A stretch of 64,000 bases of DNA, from the NCBI GenBank assembly GCA_029907255.1, contig JARYMF010000007.1, positions 37,896-101,895 of the forward strand. Reading direction: 5' to 3'. This DNA is from Armatimonadota bacterium (GTDB lineage: Bacteria; Armatimonadota; UBA5829; DTJY01). This document shows positions 36,393 through 44,400 of the stretch, piece after piece. The position numbers were made by a program, and so were the translations under genes. Below the pieces are notes generated by a model. It did no database searches. It was given only the letters and a program-made list of their open reading frames with translations, and had not been told where the DNA came from. Positions within the stretch are counted from its first letter, which is position 1. Each line of letters opens with the position of its first letter.

Positions 36393-37367
36393 CTATGTCC
36401 TCCTGTCAAGTGAAATCTCTATAATCCCAGGTGCGGTTACTGTCCCGCGAACTTCTTGGGAGTCTCTAAACAATCTAACTTTAATCCGGTCGCCAATGCG
36501 GCCTTCTTGCACAGCAATGCCTTTGTCGCTCACACTGACTGGACCGTTGTTTACATAGATAATCACTGGGTCGCCTGATTTAATCACTGGAGGGGATGCT
36601 ATCCATCCTCGACGAAGTACCGAACCCTGTGGAATTGGCACACATGCACTCCATCCTGCTTCTGGCTTGCCAATTATGATGTCACTTGGAAGGGTGGTTA
36701 TGTCTCTTTCTTCAAGCGAGATATTTGACGCATCTAACTCTTCATCTTTTGCGATGGTTTTCGTCGCTACTGGCACTTGTGCGATAACTTTGATTAGAGC
36801 TGGGACGTAAACCGTCCGGTAGGTTCTGCCATCAATTACAATCTCGATGGGAACATTCACGCGACCTTTTAGTTGTTTATTTGAGGATTTGACTCTTAGT
36901 TCAAGTTTGCCGATAGGGACTTCCTGGTCAGTTGGCAATCGAACAATTTCTGCTGATGCAACGCCAGGCAAGTCTTCCTTTTTAGATATGTATTCTCGAA
37001 CAGCATCAAAAAGCATTTCACCAGTAACGAGTAAGGCACGCCTTTTTACATTAGTCAAGTCAGGGCAAAGGAACACAATTGAGTCACTCCAAAGGCCAAC
37101 CCGTCGAAGGGCGGTAGTAATCTGTGCGCGTGTTAGTTCTCGAGACTTGCCGGGGAGTGGTGAGCAACATATGATGGTTTTCTTTACTTTTTCAGCAAAT
37201 GCTTGGTCATCCGCTTTTATTGTTGCAATGTCCCCAAGAGTGATGGCTTGGCTTTCCACTTCACAGGAAGGTCTGACTTGTATGGTTAATTGCGGCGTTC
37301 CGATTGCTGGAACAATGGCCAACATTAACCCCAAAATTAGCACATATTTGGTAATTTGCTTAGACAT
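36393..37367 (-). CDS. flgA: Flagellar P-ring assembly chaperone FlgA (extended)
   Basis: 324 aa. Signal peptide and a C-terminal SAF/FlgA domain (PIPQGSVLRRGWIASPPVIKSGDPVIIY). Confidence 0.75.
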   Translation of the reverse strand: MSKQITKYVLILGLMLAIVPAIGTPQLTIQVRPSCEVESQAITLGDIATIKADDQAFAEKVKKTIICCSPLPGKSRELTRAQITTALRRVGLWSDSIVFLCPDLTNVKRRALLVTGEMLFDAVREYISKKEDLPGVASAEIVRLPTDQEVPIGKLELRVKSSNKQLKGRVNVPIEIVIDGRTYRTVYVPALIKVIAQVPVATKTIAKDEELDASNISLEERDITTLPSDIIIGKPEAGWSACVPIPQGSVLRRGWIASPPVIKSGDPVIIYVNNGPVSVSDKGIAVQEGRIGDRIKVRLFRDSQEVRGTVTAPGIIEISLDRRT

Positions 37368-37373
37368 TTATCG

Positions 37374-38162
37374 TTACCGCCTCAGATTGTTTGCAATGCT
37401 CAGCATGTCGTCTGCTGTTTGGATAGCCTTGGAATTGACCTCGTAGGCACGTTGAGCGACAATCATGTTGACCATTTCCTCAACAACCTTTACGTTGGAC
37501 ATCTCGACAAACCCATGGGCAATTGTTCCAAGCCCATTGAGACCAGGTGTGTCTACTATCGGTTCGCCCGAAGCGGCTGTTGGTGCCAAAAGATTGCGGC
37601 CAAGGTTGTTCAGACCTGCTGGATTGATGAATTTAGCTATCTGTATCTGCCCTAGCTCCTGAGGGGTAGTTTGGCCAGCCATTGTGACAGATACTGTTCC
37701 ATCTGAACCAATGCTAATGCTTGTTGCTTCGGCTGGAATTGTAATTTCCGGGTCGAGAGGATAGCCATCTGCTGTGACTATGCGACCTTGCGAGTCTAGC
37801 TTAAATGTGCCATCCCGAGTGTAGGCAGTGGTTCCATTGGGAAGCAGTACTTGGAAAAATCCATCACCTTCAATCACAAGATCGAGCGGGTTGTTGGTCT
37901 GCTGGAAATCACCCTGCGAAAATATTCGGGTAATCGCAGCTGGTCTTGTGCCAAGGCCAACTTGGATGCCTGTGGGAACCATTGAGCCTTGGGCTTCCGT
38001 TGTGCCTGCAGTCCTAAGCGTCTGATAAAGAAGATCTTGAAAATCAACCCGGCTTTTCTTGAAGCCTGGCGTGTTTACGTTAGCCAGATTGTTTGAAATT
38101 ACATCAATGTTTAGTTGTTGTGCTGCCATGCCGGTTGCGGCGGTCCACAGTGATCTTATCAT
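37374..38162 (-). CDS. flgG: Flagellar distal rod protein FlgG
   Basis: 262 aa. N-terminus [35 protein letters not shown]. Confidence 0.92.
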   Translation of the reverse strand: MIRSLWTAATGMAAQQLNIDVISNNLANVNTPGFKKSRVDFQDLLYQTLRTAGTTEAQGSMVPTGIQVGLGTRPAAITRIFSQGDFQQTNNPLDLVIEGDGFFQVLLPNGTTAYTRDGTFKLDSQGRIVTADGYPLDPEITIPAEATSISIGSDGTVSVTMAGQTTPQELGQIQIAKFINPAGLNNLGRNLLAPTAASGEPIVDTPGLNGLGTIAHGFVEMSNVKVVEEMVNMIVAQRAYEVNSKAIQTADDMLSIANNLRR

Positions 38163-38174
38163 TGCTCAATCCTC

Positions 38175-38855
38175 CTAAACTGTTCTAGGCATTTGGTTGA
38201 TGACTTTGTCGAGTGTTTGGTCTATCGATTGGATGACTTTTTGATTTGCTTCGTATGTTCGGAGCGCACTAATCATAGAGACCATCTCAAGTACAACATT
38301 AACATTCGAACCTTCTAAACTTCCTTGTATAACCTTCCCAGCGGTATTTGAACTATCGGTGTGAATGCGAAGCTTGTTAACAATTGTGCCTCCAACTTTC
38401 ACGTTACCTTCGGGTTCCACTGACCAATTATCACTGGTTATTGTTATTGGCCCATTTTCACCGAGAACAGGGTTTCCTTCTTGTGTAACCAACTGCCCGG
38501 CTTGATTGAGCTTGAAATTTCCACTTCTTGTGAGAATTTCGCCAGTGGATGTACTAACTACGAAAAAGCCAGGGCCATCAATTGCCAAGTTGGTCTTAGA
38601 TTCCGTGTCAATCACCTGACCAATGGTTTCGTCTTGCTTGGTGTTAAGTATTGGGATTACACATTTGACTTGAGCGGCAGATGATCGAGGCTCAGCACCA
38701 TAAGCGTCTGAAAGTTCAGCTATAAAATTGGAAAATGAAACCCGCGTTTGTTTAAATCCTGGAGTGCTTACGTTTGCTAAGTTGTTTGAGATAATATCTT
38801 GTTGGTCTAGTTGCGCCATCATTGCTGATGCAGATGCATACAAACCCTGAATCAC
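38175..38855 (-). CDS. flgF: Flagellar proximal rod protein FlgF
   Basis: 226 aa. N-terminus [44 protein letters not shown]. First gene of the minus-strand block. Confidence 0.8.
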   Translation of the reverse strand: MIQGLYASASAMMAQLDQQDIISNNLANVSTPGFKQTRVSFSNFIAELSDAYGAEPRSSAAQVKCVIPILNTKQDETIGQVIDTESKTNLAIDGPGFFVVSTSTGEILTRSGNFKLNQAGQLVTQEGNPVLGENGPITITSDNWSVEPEGNVKVGGTIVNKLRIHTDSSNTAGKVIQGSLEGSNVNVVLEMVSMISALRTYEANQKVIQSIDQTLDKVINQMPRTV

Positions 38856-38876
38856 TTTGCGTTACCTCCGCATTAC

Positions 38877-38904
38877 TTTTCGACCGTCTGGCAATGCAAC
38901 TTTA
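38877..38904 (-). promoter_or_regulatory. Candidate sigma-28-type promoter upstream of flgF
   Basis: On the minus strand: TAAA-N16-GTCGAAAA, 6/8 match to GCCGATAA. It shares GTCGAAA with the flgM candidate. Confidence 0.25.
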
Positions 38905-38984
38905 GCGGTATTTTTAAATGCCTTGCCAGCAGCCAAATGCCGTAAGTTCAACATCGTTTAAGCAAATGCTGTCCTACAATTCCC

Positions 38985-39000
38985 TGGCATAGTAATTGCT
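38985..39000 (+). promoter_or_regulatory. Sigma-54 -24/-12 promoter upstream of the sugar-modification island
   Basis: cccTGGCATagtaaTTGCTgtatatt. Its flanks are almost identical to the flgB promoter. It ends 90 nt before the ATG at 39091. Confidence 0.55.
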
Positions 39001-39090
39001 GTATATTCAGTGCTCTGAATGCTATCGAAAAGTGCTGTTTGCATCGGGAATGATAACTAATACGTATGTGGGGAGATATTCTCCAGGCAA

Positions 39091-39585
39091 ATGGATATTA
39101 AGCGGCATTCTGATTACAAACCTATAAAAATTGCTTTCTTCGATGTTGACGGCGTCCTTACTGATGGAACAAAGTTCTATCACGAAGACGGCACAGTTTC
39201 TAAGCTTTTTCACGACCAAGATAGCACAGGCTTGCGAATGTTAACCCAAAATGGGGTGGAGGTCATTATCATTTCCGCCGATGAGCGCGTTAATAGAAAT
39301 TGGGCGGAACATCAAAGCCTGCCTTTCTATTGCACAGCTGACAAGGCAGAAACTGTAGCAGAGTTATTGGACAAGAAGGGATATGATGGCAAATCGGCTG
39401 CCTTCGTGGGAGATGACCTGAGGGATCTTGAAGCCATGAAGCTTGTTAGATATTCAATGGCTCCTGCAAATGCATCGCGGCAAGTTCGTCGAATAGCAAA
39501 GTTTCGGCTTCGCCGTGCTGGTGGCTCGGGTGCTGGGCGTGAGGCGGCAGAATTAATTCTGCGGATAAACCGTTTCATCTTTTAG
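39091..39585 (+). CDS. KdsC-family HAD sugar-phosphate phosphatase
   Basis: 164 aa. FFDVDGVLTDG and VGDDLRDLEAM, the C0 HAD KdsC/YrbI pattern. Confidence 0.75.
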   Translation: MDIKRHSDYKPIKIAFFDVDGVLTDGTKFYHEDGTVSKLFHDQDSTGLRMLTQNGVEVIIISADERVNRNWAEHQSLPFYCTADKAETVAELLDKKGYDGKSAAFVGDDLRDLEAMKLVRYSMAPANASRQVRRIAKFRLRRAGGSGAGREAAELILRINRFIF

Positions 39586-39651
39586 AAACGTTGCTTATTA
39601 TCGCAATTGAATGTGTGGCGTTCTAAATTTCACAAAGCAAAGGAGTAGCCG

Positions 39652-41421
39652 ATGAGAAGCGTAGTGTTGCTTGCAGCAGGAATGGGGACAAGGCTTGGTT
39701 CAATGACAGAAAAGTTGCCTAAATGCCTTATTCCCTTTAATGGCAAAACGCTTCTAGAATACACCATCGAGAAGCTCCGACGCTTTAACTTTGATAATAT
39801 CGTGGTCGTTGCTGGTTATCGCCATGACCAAGTGCGCCGAATTGTTCCGGATATCTTGGTGAACGAGGATTATGCTACTACTCAGCCTCCTTATTCCCTC
39901 CGCATTGGTCTTGAAAGAGTACCTCATGGACCTGTTCTTGTTATGGATGCAGATATTTATTTCGAGGATCGTGTGCTCGAGGAAATTCTCAAAATGGGGG
40001 ACAGGTCTTTTATTATTACCTCCACTGCCGAATCTAAGCTGGAGCCAGGCAGCCGCGTGAATGTTAAAGATGGCCGAGTCGTTCAAATTGGACGCTATAT
40101 TTCGCCGTTATTCCCCTGGCAAATCCACAGCGGGATTACTCATATTAGCTCGGCTGACTTTGATTACTACAAGTATCTTGCCAATCAGGATACGTTCCGC
40201 ACAACCGAAATGCATGTTCTTTTGAACGAATTGTGCAAGAAAAGACTAATTCTTGCAATCAATATGGAGAAAACACGGGTTGAACGAAAAACAGGGGACA
40301 TCTTTCTCGATGGAGGTTCATTTTCTGACGTATTAGTAACCGAGCAGGACAATATAATAAGGAAGGAAAGCGCGAAGGATACTGAAAGGCTAATAAACGA
40401 GATATATTATCTCCGTGACTTGCCTGAAGAACTTCGGCCTCATTTTACAGAGCTTTTGGATTACAACGTCGAAGGACCAGTTGTTTGGTATACGATGCCA
40501 CATTATCCTCAGCCTTCGCTTAAGAAGCTCATTCTTTCAGGCCAGTTTACCGCACTTGATGCAGTAGAAGTTCTTACTAGAATAGTTAAATTCCTGGTTG
40601 AAAAGGTTTATGTACTGCGTCGCATTGATGCCCCAGCAAGCTACACTGCGTCTGTGCACTTTAACAGGGTTGATGTTCGTCGTGAAATGGCTTTAAAGCA
40701 AGCCCCGATATTAAAACAGGTTTTTGGAGCAAAGAAGTTCATAATTAACGGCTTGGAGTATGAGAATCCATTTGACATAATCGAAAAGATTAGAAGCCGT
40801 GTAAAATTGGTGAGCACTCTTCAACCGCCGTATCTGTGCATGATTCACGGCGATCCACATTTCGATAACCTGCTGATTGACACGTCGCAGACGCCTTGTG
40901 GTTTCCGCTTGGTAGACCCGAAGGGTTTCTGTGCCGGAGACCCCATGTACGATATATCCAAGCTTTTCCACGATTTTCAAGGTCTTTATGACTTCATATA
41001 TGAATACATGTTTGATTTGAATTGGCAGGTGCAAGGTGATGTTTTTGAAGCCGAATTCCAAATTCACAACTGTGCTGCCCTTCGAGAGTTTCAAAAGATT
41101 AATGAATATTTTCCAACAATTGTTTCACAGTTTTTTGAGAGCGACCCAAACTGGTATTTGCGCATGAAATTCATCGAGGCAATTCATTTTAATTGCCTTC
41201 AGCCGTTTCATATTAAAGGAGATGGCATAGAGTCGAAAGCAATTGCCATGTTTCTTGTTGGCGTTCAGCAGATGAACAACTTTTGGGAAATGGTCCCACC
41301 CGACCTCAAGAAAGAAGATTTGAAGTATAAGTTGGTTAATATCAACACTATTGAGGACTTTACATACGCACGAAGCCTGTTTAAGTCGGATTTGAATAAA
41401 GCGCAAGCGAAAGCAGCTTGA
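39652..41421 (+). CDS. Bifunctional nucleotidyltransferase (LicC/RmlA-like) plus APH/choline-kinase-like kinase (LicA-like) fusion
   Basis: 589 aa. N-terminus LLAAGMGTRLG...KCLIPFNGKTLLEY. C-terminal Brenner motif HGDPHFDNLLID...RLVDP. Confidence 0.7.
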   Translation: MRSVVLLAAGMGTRLGSMTEKLPKCLIPFNGKTLLEYTIEKLRRFNFDNIVVVAGYRHDQVRRIVPDILVNEDYATTQPPYSLRIGLERVPHGPVLVMDADIYFEDRVLEEILKMGDRSFIITSTAESKLEPGSRVNVKDGRVVQIGRYISPLFPWQIHSGITHISSADFDYYKYLANQDTFRTTEMHVLLNELCKKRLILAINMEKTRVERKTGDIFLDGGSFSDVLVTEQDNIIRKESAKDTERLINEIYYLRDLPEELRPHFTELLDYNVEGPVVWYTMPHYPQPSLKKLILSGQFTALDAVEVLTRIVKFLVEKVYVLRRIDAPASYTASVHFNRVDVRREMALKQAPILKQVFGAKKFIINGLEYENPFDIIEKIRSRVKLVSTLQPPYLCMIHGDPHFDNLLIDTSQTPCGFRLVDPKGFCAGDPMYDISKLFHDFQGLYDFIYEYMFDLNWQVQGDVFEAEFQIHNCAALREFQKINEYFPTIVSQFFESDPNWYLRMKFIEAIHFNCLQPFHIKGDGIESKAIAMFLVGVQQMNNFWEMVPPDLKKEDLKYKLVNINTIEDFTYARSLFKSDLNKAQAKAA

Positions 41422-41439
41422 GAATACCAAAACGGAGAA

Positions 41440-44400
41440 GTGCGAATGGGAGAAGAAAAGGTTCTAGGAAGGCATAAGAGAAGAGTAGCTTGTTATGCGA
41501 CATTACCGTTCCAATTGCGGTCTCTCAAGCCAATTGCTGATGGATTTGAGGATTCACTTATTAGCTATAGTCATAAGGAGATAATGGATTGGCAGCCAGA
41601 TGTTATTATTACCGCTGATGTTTCTCAGCTGCCTCTTTTCCGTGAGTACTGCGATGCCCACAATGTCCTATTAATAGGTATGAGACATGGTCCAGCTACA
41701 AAATACACTTCTCCTGAAAAAGAATACTCCGTCGCAGACTATGTTTGCGCTAGCGACTGGGATGTGGACGATTTTACGAAGGCTGGCGTTAGACCGAAGC
41801 GAGGTTTCTTGCTTACCGGCAATCCTTGGGTAGACGACGTATTCAAAATTCCCGAGCGCAAACTTTGCAAGGATGCTCCTACAATTCTATTTGCTCCAAC
41901 CTATAATCCTGAGGTCAGTGCGGCTAGGTTTTTCGAAGATAAGCTAGCAAATCTTATCCACTCCGTATATCCAAGAAGTAAAATCATTATCAAACCACAT
42001 CCTGCTATTCTACAATACGACCATCCGTATGTTGTTCAACATCGTGAAATATTTCGTCGTTGGATTAGACAGTGGCTTGCTATATGCCAGGATTCAAATC
42101 TTGTTACATTAATCGATGACCCTGCAGCATCAATTAGTCAGTTCTTTCCAGATGCGGATATTTTAATTTCTGATGGCTCCTCGTTAATATTTGAGTTCAT
42201 GGTGCTAAATCGCCCAATTCTTTTGTATACGAGCCCTGAGAAAGTAGGAATATGGGAGTATGATTCAAGGGCGCTCGGCAATGCCTGGCGCGATGTGGGA
42301 ACGGAGTTCACTACGCAAGAGGAGTTCATTTTTGCTTTAAAGAACGCTTTTGTCAATCATTCCGAAATACAAAGCACAAAGCAGAAGCAGTACACGAATA
42401 TTCTTTATGGCAACTACCAAGATGGGCAATCAACAGAACGAGTAATCCAAAGCATCAGAAATCTGCCTTATCTGGATATAGCGCTTCTAACGGATAAAAA
42501 TGCTAGCCGTGTAAAAGAGTTCTACGAAGGGTTAAGCAATATTCTCAGAAATAGCACCATACATGTTCTTGAAGACATAGAACCTGAGGGAAAAGACTCT
42601 CAGCTAAATGCCTTTTTTGAGAAGAGCGATTCACAGTTTGTTATGGTGATTGATTATGACAGGGGAAAGAGGTTGCAATGTGCAGATTTCATTAGCCGTT
42701 CGCTACAAATTATGTCGCAAGACCCATCAGTTGCAGCTGCTGGCAGGTTGGTAGACGGGTGGGTTGAACGCAGTTTTGCAATTTTTGATAGAAAAAAGGT
42801 TTTGGACGTGGGAGGATTCTCCAAGTCAGATTCTGACTTATGCATGAGGCTTTTAGAGAAAGGTTGGAAAGTAATCTCTGCATGGGACGATAGACCGGTG
42901 ATTAGGTTTGAAAGTGGCTTTTATGACGAGGAACACGGCGTGCGATGGATGGCAGAAGAAGCAGTTATGCGCGTTGGATGGAGTGTGTGCGATGTTGAGA
43001 AATTCCCACCTTTATGCCTCACATTTGATGTTGTGTGTTCGAATTCCAAGCATTATCCAAACTTCCCATTTAGTCTAAAAATATACGATGGCGAAGCAAC
43101 GATTAAAGAGATTCGTTTTGACAAGTCCTATAAAAAAGAAAAAGTTGAGATTTTGCTTCCTTGTATTGAAGGGCCCCATACTCTTCGATTTATAAGCGAT
43201 GAGTCCTATGTTCCTCGCGAGATTGGCATAAACGGCGACCCCAGAAGGCTTTCAGTAATGATTAACAATGTAAAACTAAATGCACAAATCTTAAATAAAC
43301 ATATACAAACTGAATGCCCAGTTCGTTTAATTGCCTTCTACTTGCCGCAGTTTCATCCCATACCTGAAAACGATAAGTGGTGGGGAAAAGGCTTTACAGA
43401 TTGGGATAATGTTCGAAAAGCTAAACCATTATTCGAGGGACACTACCAACCACACATGCCGGCCGACCTAGGCTACTATGACCTTCGCAATCCTGAAGTT
43501 CGTGAAGCGCAAGCTGAAATGGCAAAAAAATATGGGATAGAAGGCTTTTGTTACTGGCATTATTGGTTTAATGGAAAAATGTTGCTTGAGAGACCTTTTA
43601 ATGAAGTGCTTGAGTCAGGAAAGCCTGATTTCCCCTTCTGTCTCGCATGGGCTAATGAAAATTGGACGCGAAATTGGGATGGGCACGAAAACCTAATTCT
43701 TCAGCCTCAAGAGTATGGTGGAGAGGCTGATGATTTTGCTCATTTCGAATGGTTGCTAAAGGCGTTTAGAGACCCAAGATACATTAAAGTAGACGGGAAG
43801 CCCTTATTCCTCATATACAGACCCATGGATATCCCAAATGTTGAAAACACGCTTGCATTGTGGCGGCAATTAGCTGGGAGTGCTGGGTTGCAAGGCTTGT
43901 ATGTAATCGCCATCAGAATTAGTCTCGACAAAACGGTAGACGGGTACTGGTTAAAGCAAGGTTTCGATGCCGAGCTATTATTTCAGCCATCTTTTGGAAG
44001 GCTATGGGATAAATATGGAGCGGGTGAAATCCCGGGGGTTCTTAATGAATATGGCGAAGGTGATGGCGAGCCAGGGCTTATTCTAAATTACAATGACGCA
44101 TGGCATGTAATGGCTAGCATGGAAGGCAACTGTTTGCGAACGGTAGTTCCTTCTTGGGATAACACTCCGCGTAGAAAATATGGTGCTTTCATTCTAAGAG
44201 ATTCTACGCCTAAGGCATATGGCGAGTGGCTCAAACTTGAAATTGAGCGTGTGAGCAGTAGACCTCCAGAACAGCGGATTGTCTTTATCAATGCATGGAA
44301 TGAATGGGGTGAGGGCAATCATCTGGAGCCAGATGTTCGCTTCGGGCACGGCTACCTCGAGGCGACCAAGCGAGCAATTGTTGGTGCTCAAACAGCAAGG

